Shown here: positions 21,107 to 32,643 of the stretch, one piece after another
Layout: each line of letters begins with the position of its first letter
Numbering within the stretch: position 1 is the stretch's first letter
Source of the DNA: an uncultured delta proteobacterium
GTDB taxonomy: Bacteria; Myxococcota_A; Polyangia; Polyangiales; Polyangiaceae
Length of the DNA: 64,000 bases
Assembly (NCBI GenBank): GCA_963696385.1
Contig: CAVOKF010000003.1
Span: forward strand, 32,001-96,000
Direction of reading: 5' to 3'
The notes under the pieces: model-generated
What the model saw: the letters and a program-made list of their open reading frames with translations, nothing else
The model's database searches: none
Told to the model about the DNA's origin: nothing
Program-made: the position numbers and the translations under genes

Positions 21107-23965
21107 TCAATCAAGTCGGCCGATCGGAGCGATCCAAACAGCAAGGACACCACCGCCTGTAACGTGCAGCTCAAGACGGACACGTCGCGTCCGGGGCGTT
21201 TGGCCCCCAGGAAGATCAAAAAGTTGCACCTCGCCTTCGGTGATGACTGGCAAAGCCGGTCGGCCGTCCGCTGAAACCGTGGATATTGCTCCGGCTGCTG
21301 ACAGGAGCACGATGACGCGAGCGGGCCGTTTTTGAACTCCCATCTCGAGGACGACGTTCATGACGGGCGATTCGGAGGCCCATTCGTGGGCGCCGAGGGC
21401 CAGGAGGGCTTGCGCTTCGTGCGTCCGCGTAGTCACGTACGGCTCGTCCGCCAGTAGCTGTAATAGCGGCGAGCGGGCGCGTTCGTCCCCCAAGGCGCCA
21501 AGCGTGTCCGCGACAAAGGCGCGTGCGCGGACGTCCTCAAGCGCTCGAATTAGCGCGGGAACCGAAGACCGACATCGGGCGATCCGTGTGGCGGCCAGTA
21601 ATTCCCGGGCGTGCGCGAGATCGAGGGTGAGTCGTACTTGACCATTGTCTGGCACCGCTGTGGGAACCACCTCGCCCCACCAAGCGGCAAGTTCGTCGCA
21701 GGCTCTTGGGTCGCCTCGCTCAGCAAGAGCGATGGCGGCTGGACGGCGCCAGTTCGGCTCGGAGTCCCGCAGGAGACCTTCGGCGAGAGGTATAGCGGGC
21801 GAAGCTAGCCGCGTGAGGGCCAGAGAAGCCCAGCGTTCTACAACATCGTCATCGTGGCGACGCAACGTCATTTTCAGCTTGTCAGCAGTCTCCGGCACAT
21901 GAAGTGCGAAGCAGACCTCGGCCGCTTTTTGCCGGATCGCCGGATCGGCGTCATCCAGTAGCGCGGCGACGTCGATCGCAGCGTCCGTTTCGCCTTGAAG
22001 GCCACGCCGCAGAGCCTCCGGCCATACCGACTCCCTGGTCGTTTCGTACCGACCGTGCTCGGCCTCGGTGGCTCGAAGCAACGCGTGAAGCTCGCGTCCG
22101 CGCTCTCCGGTAGCCCCGAGATCCCGACGTTCAAACGGGTCATCGGCTGGCCTGTAGAGCGCGCATGCAGCGGCGCGACGCTGACATATGAAACGATCGG
22201 CGCCCTCCGCGACCAAGTTGTAGTCGTCGGTTTCGGCAAATGCAAAACCTGCGTTGAGCGCATATGCTTCGCCCGTCAGAACGGGCCCCAGGTCACGGCC
22301 CCTGACCCGGGCAGGACGCGGGATGCCGATCGCCGAGAGGACCGTCGGCAACAGGTCGATGGTTTGCACGACCGTTGAAACTCGAGAATCGGCGCGTACT
22401 CCGGGCCCCACGATTACGAGTGGCACGCGCACCTGCTCCTCGTAAACGGTCGTTCCGTGGTAGCGGCCGCCGTGCTCGCCGAACTCCTCTCCGTGGTCCG
22501 CGGTCACGATGATCACGGCCCCCGGTCGACGTCTGCGTACAAGTCGCACGATGCGACCGATCCCGTCGTCGGCGGTTGCCACTTCGCTGTCGTAGGCATC
22601 GATGTCCGCCAATCGCCCGCCGGAGAAAGGATGATCGCCGTGTGCAACGTAGGGCTCGTGAGGCTCGAAGAAATGAACCCACAGAAACATCGGCCTTCCC
22701 AGCGCGGCCGTCTCGAGATATGCGGCCACCTGCCGTTCGCGCCGTGGTGGATCCGCGAATTCGACCTTGGCATACTCGAAGCCAAGGTGGTCTTCCTCGA
22801 GTTGACCGAATTTTTCTTCGTCGATGAAAAAGACCGCCGGCGGATAGAATGCGGCTGTCCGCCAACCGTAACGGCGGACGTACTGCGCCAAGGTCTCTGA
22901 ACTCGCCCCCAGGCCCAGTGCGAGAAGCGGGCGCAAGTACTTGCCCGTCATCATCGAAGTAATCGAGTACGAAGTATGAGGCGTTGGACAATAGGCGCTG
23001 ACGAAGAGTGTCCCCTCACGCGCCAGGGCGTCGATGTTCGGGGTGGTCGCGCGAGCATATCCATATGCCGAGACATGATCGGCCCTGAGCGCGTCGACCG
23101 TTAACAGTACGACGTCGCGATCCGACCAACTGAGTGATCGGGCAACCTCCGCGGGTGCCAGCCGGACCTCTTCCCCGCGTGAATCGTTCGACTGGGGGGG
23201 GTGCAGTCGCATCGCAACGACCACGGTCGGACCTAGCAACGGGGCGTGCTCCACGAGTAGAATCCGCAAATTCGTCGCTCCCTCCAGCGCTGACAGTGAG
23301 CGGGGCACTCTTGCGACGGACTCGATGACGAGGACGGCGACTAGCGCCGCGCCGATTCGCGACAGGACCCGATGCGGCCTCGTCTCGCAGCGAATGGCAA
23401 ATGCCAATAATGCGGCTCCCATGAGCATCGCCACAAACAACGCTATATGAAATGCGGGATAGAGTCGTGGAAGAACGTAGGCGTCGGCGAGCCACGATAC
23501 GGTAGCCAATAGTAGTGCTTGAAGGGCGAGCAACATGGGGCGACGTCGCAGCAGCCTGAGGCGGCGCACGCCAAAAACACTCGCGCAGGCCGAGACGATC
23601 GAAATGGTAACGACAAACGCGCTCCGCAGTTCGGGGTTCGCGAAGTGTCTTCCGCCGGAGACCCCCCATGCAAGCGCCGCTCCGGCCAAGATACCGCACG
23701 TCGCCAGCACCCATGAGGCCATGCGTGAGCGACTCGTAGCCGTTCGCCACGCCGCGGCTACAACGAGGGCTGCTGGCGTCAAGCCGGCCGTGGCGAGTGG
23801 GACCGCGGCGCGCCTCGCAAGCGCAATTTCCCAGATTCCCGAAAACTGATCGCGCTCCACGAATCCGAGTACGACCGTTTCGGCGACGAGCGCTCCAGTC
23901 CAAACTGCGAGTACGGCCGCTGCATCAACCAACCATGAAAGAATTCGCAGCGAACGGATGTTCAT
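21107..23965 (-). CDS. Membrane sulfatase-like hydrolase with HEAT repeats
   Basis: N-terminal TM helices; LTVDALRADH, HFFEPHEPY, TADHGEEFGEHG; HEAT-like C-terminus. Confidence 0.8.
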   Translation of the reverse strand: MNIRSLRILSWLVDAAAVLAVWTGALVAETVVLGFVERDQFSGIWEIALARRAAVPLATAGLTPAALVVAAAWRTATSRSRMASWVLATCGILAGAALAWGVSGGRHFANPELRSAFVVTISIVSACASVFGVRRLRLLRRRPMLLALQALLLATVSWLADAYVLPRLYPAFHIALFVAMLMGAALLAFAIRCETRPHRVLSRIGAALVAVLVIESVARVPRSLSALEGATNLRILLVEHAPLLGPTVVVAMRLHPPQSNDSRGEEVRLAPAEVARSLSWSDRDVVLLTVDALRADHVSAYGYARATTPNIDALAREGTLFVSAYCPTPHTSYSITSMMTGKYLRPLLALGLGASSETLAQYVRRYGWRTAAFYPPAVFFIDEEKFGQLEEDHLGFEYAKVEFADPPRRERQVAAYLETAALGRPMFLWVHFFEPHEPYVAHGDHPFSGGRLADIDAYDSEVATADDGIGRIVRLVRRRRPGAVIIVTADHGEEFGEHGGRYHGTTVYEEQVRVPLVIVGPGVRADSRVSTVVQTIDLLPTVLSAIGIPRPARVRGRDLGPVLTGEAYALNAGFAFAETDDYNLVAEGADRFICQRRAAACALYRPADDPFERRDLGATGERGRELHALLRATEAEHGRYETTRESVWPEALRRGLQGETDAAIDVAALLDDADPAIRQKAAEVCFALHVPETADKLKMTLRRHDDDVVERWASLALTRLASPAIPLAEGLLRDSEPNWRRPAAIALAERGDPRACDELAAWWGEVVPTAVPDNGQVRLTLDLAHARELLAATRIARCRSSVPALIRALEDVRARAFVADTLGALGDERARSPLLQLLADEPYVTTRTHEAQALLALGAHEWASESPVMNVVLEMGVQKRPARVIVLLSAAGAISTVSADGRPALPVITEGEVQLFDLPGGQTPRTRRVRLELHVTGGGVLAVWIAPIGRLD

Positions 23966-23991
23966 CCCAGGGGCTCACGATTGCGACGCGC

Positions 23992-24465
23992 TCAGCCGAA
24001 CACGATATCCAAGACTTCGTAGGTGCGCTCTCCACCTGGCATCTGCATCTTCACCTCGTCGCCCACTTGCTTACCGATGAGTGAACGGGCGAGTGGGCTC
24101 GTGATGCTAATGCTGCCTTTGGACAGATTGGCCTCGTCGGCCCCCAGAATACGGTACGTAACCTCCTCGCCCGTGTCAGCGTTGGCGAGCTTCACGGCGG
24201 CGCCGAAGGCCACACGGTCGCCCGCCAATTTGCGCGGGTCGATGACCTCTGCCAGCGCGAGCTTGTTCTCGATTTCCTTGATCCGGCCCTCGACGAAGGA
24301 TTGACGATCGCGTGCGGCATGATACTCTGCGTTCTCGCTGAGGTCGCCGTGCTCGCGGGCCGTTGCGATTGCTTGAATGATGGCGGGGCGCTCGATGCTC
24401 TTCAGGTGGTTAAGCTCGTCGCGGAGCCGCAACGCACCTTCAGGTGTAATTGGGTTTTTCTGCAT
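23992..24465 (-). CDS. greA: Transcription elongation factor GreA
   Basis: [31 protein letters not shown]. Confidence 0.97.
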   Translation of the reverse strand: MQKNPITPEGALRLRDELNHLKSIERPAIIQAIATAREHGDLSENAEYHAARDRQSFVEGRIKEIENKLALAEVIDPRKLAGDRVAFGAAVKLANADTGEEVTYRILGADEANLSKGSISITSPLARSLIGKQVGDEVKMQMPGGERTYEVLDIVFG

Positions 24466-24521
24466 GGCGAACGCGGTTTTACCGTGGTGCTGATAAGGTG
24501 TCACCAGGTTCCGCCGGTTTC

Positions 24522-24951
24522 GTGTGGGAGGGGCCCGGCGGGGCGACCCCGCCGCCCTATCCCGATTTTCCGTCCTGCGCAACCAGCGGTGCGGCTCCGC
24601 ATCCGGCGGTTCGGCAAGGTGGGGCAAATATTAGGCAAGATTCCGCGCGCCCGAGGTTGCCGAAGTGGCTCGCAGGCAGGGCGATGTTGATGGTCAGGCT
24701 GAGTTTCTCCGCCAGCTTCTGGTGTTCGTGGCAACTGTCGCGGCCTTCTGCTCGGAAAGTCCGAGAGCAGGAGTTCGCGATAGACGGTGGCTTCTCGCTT
24801 CCGGTGTTTCGGTCGCAGAGCTTCAAGCGCATCACTGCGCCTTTCGACTCGTTGATGCGAAGCCGCAGCTTTGACAAGAGATACCGCAGCATCCGCATCA
24901 CGCGTTCGCCCGCGCGCCGCGACCGTATGACACGTTGACGTCGTCGGCGTA
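24522..24951 (-). mobile_element. Scrambled class C group II intron remnant
   Basis: Minus strand: YADDVNV/IRSRRAGERVM...KLRLRINESK, INIALPASHFGNLG, domain V start GAACCGCCGGATGCGG. Domain VI (GTGTGGGAGGGG...CTATCCCGAT) lies inverted on the plus strand. Confidence 0.75.
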
Positions 24952-25276
24952 TGTGGCTGGGAGAACGAGCCACCCAAAACGGGGCTTGGGGCGCCGAGCA
25001 TGCGTATCACCGGACGATGATTACAGGTCAAGGCTCATCCGTGGATGGAAGCGCTGCGCTGATGCATGAGGCTAAGCGCAAATATCGCAATTCAAAATAT
25101 GCTCGCCTTCGGAATTTCGGATGGCGATGCCGACCCTGCGAACAGGAGAAATTTTCGGACGCGGTCCAATGAATACAAGGAAGAATACAAGGAACTCCGC
25201 CACGCCCATCGGTCCGACGAGGAGGACATTGCGGAAGCGCGACCACGCAGGGCGGATGCGACGTTTGCCGAGGTCC
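24951..25276 (+). pseudogene. Degenerate partial copy of the bamD 5' region
   Basis: Aligns by eye to about 25712-26034 with many substitutions and indels. Confidence 0.85.
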
Positions 25277-25637
25277 ATTCACGCCCGCTACTCGCCACAC
25301 ATCGGCGTTGTAGGCCAATTTGCGGCTGGATGCTTTCCTCCGGGACCAAGTACTACGGCTACTCCGGATGCCGATTACCATGGCTCGGCGATCAGTGCAA
25401 CCGCCCGGCTTGAGATCAGCATGGCGCTCTCCGGTGATGGCGCAGTCCACGTCGACCTTGCGCCGGCCCCCTCCCCGGGAGTTACAGAGAAGCTTCATTT
25501 GCTCGGGCGTGCGCTTTTGAGGCGCGCGCGCGCCGACCGGGCGTCGCCTCCGCGACGACTGGTACGGTGGCGAGCCGAACCCTAAGCGCGTTACAGGCGC
25601 TAGCGTCGCTTGAAGCGCTTGACTAGGCTCTGCTCCA

Positions 25638-26495
25638 ATGAGCTGGGGACGCGCGACTCCTCTTGTCTTCGCGGTGATCGCGCTCACCGCGCCGCCCATC
25701 TGCATCGCTCTATGTGGCTGCGAGAACGAGCCACCCAAGACGGCGCTTGGGTACGCCGAGGGCGCCAAGCATGCGTATGACCAGGCAATGATACAATTCA
25801 AGGCTCATCAGTGGATGGAAGCGCAGACACTGATGCATGAGGTTAAGCGCAAGTATAGCTACTCGAAATATGCGCGCCTTGCGGAACTTCGGATAGCAGA
25901 TGCCGACTTCGAACAGGAGAAATTTTCGGACGCGATCCGTGAGTACAAAGAATTCATCCACGCCCATCGATCCGACGAAGAGGACATTTCGTATGCGCGA
26001 TCACGCATCGCGGATGCGACGTTTGCTGAGATCCCAGAGTCGTTCCTGATGCCTGCATCGGAAGAGCGCGACCAAGCGAGTGTCGTGGATGCTTACAAGG
26101 AGCTATTGGCATTTCTAGCAGATTACCCACACGCCGGGGAGGTCGCGCACGTCCGTGAACTACTGGGAAAAGTCACGGCGCGCCTGATTCGCCACGAACT
26201 ATACGTCGCAAGGTTTTACTTGGGCAAAGACAATTACGGAGCGGCGGTCGCTCGCATTCGGTACGCCCTCACAAGGTATCCAGACCCGGCAGCGAGCCCC
26301 GACGCCAATGCTCCCGTGGAGGACCATGAGCTCCAAGCCGAGGGGCTCCTTCTGTTGGGCGAGACCTTTCTGAAGATGCGCAGATGGGACGACGCCCGCC
26401 ATTCGTTTGAAGTCATCATAAGCACCCATGGCCGCACCCCGGCCGCCGTCCAGGCGAGAAACTATCTCGCGTCGATGCGCGATCGCGGAGGATGA
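25638..26495 (+). CDS. bamD: Outer membrane protein assembly factor BamD
   Basis: Lipobox LCGC; YSKYARLAEL, ERDQ, HELYVARFYL, TPR pattern. Confidence 0.88.
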   Translation: MSWGRATPLVFAVIALTAPPICIALCGCENEPPKTALGYAEGAKHAYDQAMIQFKAHQWMEAQTLMHEVKRKYSYSKYARLAELRIADADFEQEKFSDAIREYKEFIHAHRSDEEDISYARSRIADATFAEIPESFLMPASEERDQASVVDAYKELLAFLADYPHAGEVAHVRELLGKVTARLIRHELYVARFYLGKDNYGAAVARIRYALTRYPDPAASPDANAPVEDHELQAEGLLLLGETFLKMRRWDDARHSFEVIISTHGRTPAAVQARNYLASMRDRGG

Positions 26496-28033
26496 TCGGC
26501 TTCGCTGTACACCACGACATGGCGGACTCTTCTTCCCGTACCAGTCCATCGACGGCGCCTCCCGGTGCCCCGGCGCCGCGTACAGTTCTCGTCGTCGATG
26601 ACGAGAAAAACATCCGGCGCGCGCTGCAGCTGGTGCTTGAAGGAGAAGGCTATCATGTGCTGGGTGCGGAGACGGCTGGGCAAGCGTTGGCTGTGCTCGT
26701 GAGCCCGGAGACTCCTGTCGATCTAGTTGTGCTTGACGTGCAGCTTCCAGACAAGAGCGGGCTCGAGGCTCTCGCGAAGCTGCGCTGCGATGAGGCGACG
26801 CGGGATCTGCCCATCATCGTCATTAGCGGACACGCAACGGTCGACGACGCCGTTCAGGCGATCAAGTTGGGCGCAAGTGATTTTTTCGAGAAGCCACTTG
26901 CTCGCGAACGCGTGCTCGTCAGCGTGCGGAATGTGCTTGACGCAGCCAAGACGCGACGCGAGCTTGAGCGCGTCACCGAGCAACAACTGCAACGTTATGA
27001 AATGATTGGCAGAAGTTTTCCAATCCAACGCTTGTTCCGGGACATGGAAAAGGTGGCGCCAACGAAAGCTTCCGTCCTCATCACGGGCGAGAGCGGTACG
27101 GGCAAGGAGCTCATCGCCCGCGCCCTTCACCGTCTGAGCCCTCGCGCAGATGGTCCGTTCGTGAAGGTCAATTGTGCGGCGATTCCACGCGAGCTCATCG
27201 AAAGCGAGCTTTTCGGCCACGAGAGGGGGGCTTTTACGGGCGCGCTCTTACGCCGTCGCGGACTGTTCGAGCAGGCGCATGGCGGAACCCTTTTCTTGGA
27301 CGAAATCGGCGATATGGACGTCGTTGCGCAGGCTAAGGTCTTGCGCGCAGTTCAATCCGGTGAGGTGTCGCGCGTCGGTAGTGAGCACGTAATCCACGTC
27401 GATGTTCGAGTGCTCGCCGCAACGAACAAGGACCTCGCACGCGCCGTCGAAAACGGTACGTTCAGAGATGACCTATTCTTTCGGTTGGCCGTATTTCCTA
27501 TTCGCAGCCCTGCGCTACGTGAGCGGGTTGAGGATATCCCGCTTCTGGCCAACGCCTTTATGGGCCAGTTCGCACACGAAAATGGCACTCGTCCCAAGCC
27601 TATCGACGATGCCGTGATGCAGGCTCTCGCCGCGCGAAAATGGCCCGGAAACGTGCGCGAGCTGAAGAACGTCGTGGAACGTAGCGCAATCCTAAGCGGA
27701 GACCGTGTTACTATAGCGGATCTGCCTGAAGATCCACACGCCAGTCCGTTCGAGGAGGAGCCGGAGTCAGCAGCGGCTGCCGAAGCGGCCACTGCGGAGC
27801 CGATCGACGAGGACAGTCCGTCGGAATCGGCGCGATCGCTTTCCCCTTCCCTCCCGGGGCTCAAGCACCTGACTTTGCGGGAGTTCCGGGAAAAGTCCGA
27901 ACGGCGATATATCGTCGACACGCTCAAGATGACGGGGTGGAACATCACTCGTACCGCCATTTTGCTCGGAGTTGAGCGAACAAATTTGCACAAAAAAATT
28001 CGTGCCTATGAAATAAAGCGTGGAGAGCGATGA
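26492..28033 (+). CDS. Sigma-54-dependent response regulator (NtrC/NtrX family)
   Basis: Receiver domain; GESGTGKE, ESELFGHERGAFTGA, WPGNVREL; Fis-type HTH. Confidence 0.95.
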   Translation: MIGFAVHHDMADSSSRTSPSTAPPGAPAPRTVLVVDDEKNIRRALQLVLEGEGYHVLGAETAGQALAVLVSPETPVDLVVLDVQLPDKSGLEALAKLRCDEATRDLPIIVISGHATVDDAVQAIKLGASDFFEKPLARERVLVSVRNVLDAAKTRRELERVTEQQLQRYEMIGRSFPIQRLFRDMEKVAPTKASVLITGESGTGKELIARALHRLSPRADGPFVKVNCAAIPRELIESELFGHERGAFTGALLRRRGLFEQAHGGTLFLDEIGDMDVVAQAKVLRAVQSGEVSRVGSEHVIHVDVRVLAATNKDLARAVENGTFRDDLFFRLAVFPIRSPALRERVEDIPLLANAFMGQFAHENGTRPKPIDDAVMQALAARKWPGNVRELKNVVERSAILSGDRVTIADLPEDPHASPFEEEPESAAAAEAATAEPIDEDSPSESARSLSPSLPGLKHLTLREFREKSERRYIVDTLKMTGWNITRTAILLGVERTNLHKKIRAYEIKRGER

Positions 28034-28046
28034 CGGTGCGGGGTGG

Positions 28047-28499
28047 CTAGAGTCGCCCGGTGGAGCCGTATCCGCCGGTCGAGCGGACAGTCACGTCGAG
28101 CTCGCCGACAACAACCAGCTCGGCATGCGCGACCGGCGCGATCACGAGTTGCGCGATGCGCTCAAAGGGAGCGATAGTCGCAGGCTGTTCGCTAAGGTTG
28201 ACGAGAACGACGTGCACTTCACCGCGGAAATCGCTGTCAATCGTCCCTGGAGCGTTTAGCACGGTCACCCCCGTACGCGCTGCGAGGCCTGACCGAGGGC
28301 GAACCTGCCCCTCAAACCGCGCTGGAATCGCGAAAACGAGCCCAGTCGGAACTCGAACGCGACCGAGGGAGGCGAGCGTCCAAGGCTCGTCGATCGCGGC
28401 ATGCAGATCCATGCCTGCCGCCCCTTCGGTCTGGTAGCGCGGAAGTGGCACGTGGACGAGGCCCATGCGGGCCACGCGGATGCGAAGGTCGGGGACCAC
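28047..28499 (-). CDS. dut: dUTPase
   Basis: [36 protein letters not shown]. Confidence 0.97.
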   Translation of the reverse strand: MVPDLRIRVARMGLVHVPLPRYQTEGAAGMDLHAAIDEPWTLASLGRVRVPTGLVFAIPARFEGQVRPRSGLAARTGVTVLNAPGTIDSDFRGEVHVVLVNLSEQPATIAPFERIAQLVIAPVAHAELVVVGELDVTVRSTGGYGSTGRL

Positions 28500-28577
28500 G
28501 TCACGAGTCTACTCGGTAGGCTCCATATACTGCCACGTCTTGACGTCGGCGGGGTGCCTGGTACTCGACTTGTGGAA

Positions 28578-30131
28578 ATGCACGCCGGCCGCGAGCTCGT
28601 ACTCATCCTGGATTTCGGCGCACAGTACGCTCAGCTGATCGCGCGGCGCGTGCGCGAGCAACGTGTTTATTGCGAGATCCATCCGTGTACAGCCCCGTTC
28701 GAACAGATCTGCGCTTGGGCGCCCCGGGCGATCGTTCTGTCGGGTGGCCCGGCCAGCGTCTATGCCGATGCCGCACCGGCAGTCGATGAGCGCATTTTCG
28801 CGCTAGGTGTACCCGTGCTGGGCATTTGCTACGGACTTCAGCTCATGGCGCAGATGCTCGGTGGGCGCGTCGAGCAGGCTGGCTCGCGTGAGTACGGGCA
28901 TGCTCGGGTACTCGTCGAGCGGCAGGAGGCAATCTTTCATCGCTTTGCAAGGGGAGAGGCGCTGGACGTGTGGATGTCTCATGGCGATCGCATCACGGCG
29001 CTTCCGCCTGGCTTTCAAACCCTCGGAGTGTCCGCCAATACTCCATTCTGTGCGGTCGGTGATGCGGCGCGCCGATTCTACGGCGTTCAATTTCATCCTG
29101 AGGTCGTTCACACTCCACGGGGCGCTGATCTGCTCGCCGCGTTCTTGTTCGACGTAGCGGGCCTCCGTCCCGCGTGGACGCCGGGAGCCTTTACCGATCT
29201 CGCGGTCGCCGAAGTGCGTTCGAAGGTCGGACCGACTGACTCGGTATTGTGCGGCCTGTCGGGTGGAGTGGACTCTTCGGTGGCGGCCGTCTTATGCCAC
29301 CGCGCACTCGGCGACCGCCTCACCTGCATTTTCGTAGACAATGGTTTGTTGCGACTGGGGGAGGCGGAACAAGTTGTCTCAACGTTCCAAAAAAGCCTGC
29401 AGTTGAACATCGTGGCTGTTGACGCGCGTGATAAGTTCTTGTCAGCGCTTCACGGAGTGACCGATCCGGAAAAAAAACGCAAGGCAATCGGTCGAATTTT
29501 CATCGACGTATTCGAAGAAAAGGCTCGCGGAGTTCGTGATGCAAAGTGGCTCGTCCAAGGAACGCTTTATCCCGATGTGATCGAGAGTGTCAGTTTAAAG
29601 GGGCCGAGCGCCATCATCAAAAGCCACCACAATGTGGGTGGCTTGCCGGACACGATGAATCTCAAGCTCATCGAGCCGTTGCGCGAGCTGTTCAAGGATG
29701 AGGTTCGCGCTGCGGGCGAAGAGTTGGGCATGGCAAGACATCTGCTTTGGCGTCATCCGTTTCCTGGCCCGGGGCTCGCGGTTCGTTGCGTCGGCGAGGT
29801 CACCGCGGCACGACTCCAGGTCCTGCGTGCGGCTGACGCGGTCGTCGTGGATGAAATCAGGTCGGCGGGGCTCTACGACTCAATCTGGCAAGCATTCGCG
29901 GTGTTGCTGCCGGTAAGGAGCGTGGGCGTCATGGGTGACGAACGGACGTACGAAGAGACTTGTGCGATCCGCGCAGTTCACTCAATCGATGGAATGACGG
30001 CAGATTGGGCTAAGCTTCCGTATGATGTATTGGAGCGCATCTCTTGCCGAATTATCAATGAAATACGTGGAATTAACCGAGTGGTTTTCGACGTTACGAG
30101 CAAGCCCCCCGGAACCATCGAATGGGAGTGA
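28578..30131 (+). CDS. guaA: GMP synthase (glutamine-hydrolysing)
   Basis: [34 protein letters not shown]. Confidence 0.98.
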   Translation: MHAGRELVLILDFGAQYAQLIARRVREQRVYCEIHPCTAPFEQICAWAPRAIVLSGGPASVYADAAPAVDERIFALGVPVLGICYGLQLMAQMLGGRVEQAGSREYGHARVLVERQEAIFHRFARGEALDVWMSHGDRITALPPGFQTLGVSANTPFCAVGDAARRFYGVQFHPEVVHTPRGADLLAAFLFDVAGLRPAWTPGAFTDLAVAEVRSKVGPTDSVLCGLSGGVDSSVAAVLCHRALGDRLTCIFVDNGLLRLGEAEQVVSTFQKSLQLNIVAVDARDKFLSALHGVTDPEKKRKAIGRIFIDVFEEKARGVRDAKWLVQGTLYPDVIESVSLKGPSAIIKSHHNVGGLPDTMNLKLIEPLRELFKDEVRAAGEELGMARHLLWRHPFPGPGLAVRCVGEVTAARLQVLRAADAVVVDEIRSAGLYDSIWQAFAVLLPVRSVGVMGDERTYEETCAIRAVHSIDGMTADWAKLPYDVLERISCRIINEIRGINRVVFDVTSKPPGTIEWE

Positions 30132-30134
30132 GCT

Positions 30135-30509
30135 GTGTTCAGCCCCCCAGGTGATTATTTATCATTATTCGGCGCAAGCGAAGAGCACTTCCGTCTCCTC
30201 CGCTTGCGATTGTTCGGGTCGTGGGTCCTGTCCGCTTTCATGCTTGGCTGCTTTCCCGCACAATCGCCGGCGCAGAGAACGGTCAGCTTGAGGATCCAAG
30301 GCTTCACGCCGGAGGCGACTGTAGAGATCGATGAAGAGGTGCTCGGAACGCTCGCTTTCGTCGCCGCGCACGGTGTGGCGCTCCCGCTTGGTGTCCACCA
30401 TTTGACCGTTCAAGCGCCGGGCTACTTTCCGTGGGACCGAACGGTCGAGGCAAAACTGGGCTCGGCGCTGATTCAATTGCACGTGGTACTAACGCCTGTA
30501 CCCAAGTGA
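30135..30509 (+). CDS. PEGA-domain lipoprotein
   Basis: MLGC lipobox-like; PEATVEID...LPLGVHHLTVQAPGYFPW. Confidence 0.7.
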   Translation: MFSPPGDYLSLFGASEEHFRLLRLRLFGSWVLSAFMLGCFPAQSPAQRTVSLRIQGFTPEATVEIDEEVLGTLAFVAAHGVALPLGVHHLTVQAPGYFPWDRTVEAKLGSALIQLHVVLTPVPK

Positions 30510-31181
30510 GGTGGCGATTCGAGCGGGAACCGCTATGTCGGAGGCGGATTGATTCAATCGAATTGGCTTTGAACCGCGTAGGGTATCCGGCCCCCGTGTG
30601 CTTTCGGCAAGCACGCGTGAGTTTGCGGTCGTCGGCCCGCAGCCTCGCCCACGGAGGCGAGGTGCGACATCAGCGGACGAGGACACGGCAGGACGACTCT
30701 GGATGCGGTTCGCGAGCGAATCTCGCGCTGGCTGTCCAGCGGAGCGGACCTGGCATTCCGCTGCCCGAAGAGCTCTGGACGGCGCTTGTCAGGCGTTCGT
30801 CGAAGTCAACGTGAGCGGCTGTGCACGACGGCGAAGACGGTCGTCCGCCTCGAAGGGACAACACCCGCAGCCGCGCGATGCTGGTCCGGTTGCCAACCAG
30901 ATCCCGGCGAGGATAGCGAGGACGCGAGCACGGTGCATGTGTCATTGTGGGACGGCTTGACATGGCACGAGTTTTGCGCGACATTTGGTTCATATTATGT
31001 CGAACCGCGCAATCTGGAACGTAAAGAAGCGTCACGAGTGGCTCGCAACGCCTCTCAAGGCGAAACGCGTCAAACGTGCGCAGCGGCTACGCTGCGGACT
31101 TCAGGACGCAATTAATCGCAAATCCGGCACCGTCAACAACGCCGAGAGCTGATCGTTCTGACCGGGACGCGCGCGGCCTGG

Positions 31182-31943
31182 TCACGGCGTGAGGCGGTAG
31201 CGCACAACGGCTGTCAACACCAGTGCCAGGGGCGGAGTTGTGGCCATTAGCGCCGGAATTAGTTGGGCTGCCGCTGCCTGGAACAAGAAGATCGTTGCGC
31301 CCGCCGAAATGCCAATAGCCGCTAGGGCGTTGCGCGCAATCGGCACCCGGGACATTGACCCCCTGCCCAAGGGGGCGAGCAGCGCATAAGCCCACCACAG
31401 GGCCGTGCCCACCCCGGCAATTGCGGTCGCGAGTCCAGCTGCAGCACGAGCCGCGGGGATCCGTGGGATTGAGGGAACTTGGGATCCAGCCTCCGGCGTT
31501 CGTATTGGTTCGCCGTGCTTGCCGACGCGGAGATGCTGCAGAGGATCGACGAACGCGTCGCCGTCCCAACGCCACTCGGCCGCGTGCCGCGCGGTTGGAT
31601 AGAAGCCCTGAACGCTAATTGCAGAGACTGTCCATATGGCGAGCGCCGCAATGAGCGCAGTGGTCGCGCCGCCGGCCACCGCATACGCGGCAATCTCCCC
31701 GCGCGTTCGACCCAGCGCCGCCAGTGCAACCGCCTCCCCGTGGGCCCGAATCTGAGCCAATGCGCCCCATACCCCCACGGCCGCACATAGGGGTGCAAGT
31801 GGGATCGCGCGCCCGGCGCGCTCGCCCCATGAAATCCCCCCCTCGTCCGTCGCCACCGTGAGGAGCCAAGTGAGGCCAAGCGCTAGCGTCGCGACGCCCG
31901 CCGAGCGGGCGAAGATGGCGATGTCCCAGACGGTTGCTCGCAT
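31182..31943 (-). CDS. Hypothetical integral membrane protein
   Basis: Multiple hydrophobic segments; weak LptF/G-like pattern (ALAALG). Confidence 0.55.
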   Translation of the reverse strand: MRATVWDIAIFARSAGVATLALGLTWLLTVATDEGGISWGERAGRAIPLAPLCAAVGVWGALAQIRAHGEAVALAALGRTRGEIAAYAVAGGATTALIAALAIWTVSAISVQGFYPTARHAAEWRWDGDAFVDPLQHLRVGKHGEPIRTPEAGSQVPSIPRIPAARAAAGLATAIAGVGTALWWAYALLAPLGRGSMSRVPIARNALAAIGISAGATIFLFQAAAAQLIPALMATTPPLALVLTAVVRYRLTP

Positions 31944-32473
31944 CGGCGTGCCACGCTACGTCCTGCGTTCGGGCAAAGCGAGACCGCGAGAACGAGAAAG
32001 AGTGCGATCGGGGATGCGGGGAGAAACGCGGCGCGTATTATGATGTGAATGGCGTCGCGCATGGGCCTTGCGGCCCCGAATGGTTCGACGGCGGATTACC
32101 GCCGAGGCGCGACTTCAAGCCGGTGACTTACGCACCTCAGCAAGGAAACACTCGCTTGGCGGCGCTTGGTCCACATGACCTCCTGAATTGCGCTAGCCCG
32201 AGTGCCGGCCCAAGCCGGAGGAGGAGAACGTCATGCAAAGTACGAATGGCTCTAGTCCGAAGGGAGCGCGCCTCTAATTATCGGGTTCGTCTGCCGCTTG
32301 CGCCCGCATGGGCTTCCACGGGAGCCAATCGGTCCGCAAGAAGCGCGCACACGAAGGCAGCAGGACCGAGCTGCTCTTGCCGCCCCGGCCACCAAGCCGG
32401 CGGCGCGTCGGCTATGCGACACTGCGAGGTACCTCAGTCCGTGCAGGAGCGCCCTTTAGCGATGGGGCCAGAT

Positions 32474-32514
32474 ATGGCCCGGGTGGACAGACATCGCCAC
32501 CCGGGCCATTTTTT
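32474..32514 (+). terminator. Rho-independent terminator
   Basis: 13-bp stem ATGGCCCGGGTGG/CCACCCGGGCCAT followed by a T run. Confidence 0.75.
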
Positions 32515-32570
32515 CAATCGTTGACACGCCGGCAGGATAAGAGCTAGAGGCGGTCCTCCTTTCTCGCCGC

Positions 32571-32643
32571 GCGGGACTAGCTCAGTTGGTAGAGCGTCGG
32601 CTTCCCAAGCCGAAGGTCGCGGGTTCGAGACCCGTGTCCCGCT
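32571..32643 (+). tRNA. tRNA-Gly (CCC)
   Basis: GCGGGAC/GTCCCGC acceptor stem, TCGGC-TTCCCAA-GCCGA, GGTTCGA; TTGACA 50 bp upstream. Confidence 0.96.

Noticed and set aside
24830..26034. Diversity-generating retroelement or retron (RT motif beside a diverged repeat)
   Set aside because: Differences between the bamD copies are not adenine-specific and include indels; the RT is a short class C intron fragment.
30670..30800. IS66 TnpA-like fragment (PLPEELWTA)
   Set aside because: Too short and broken; no other IS66 genes or terminal repeats seen.
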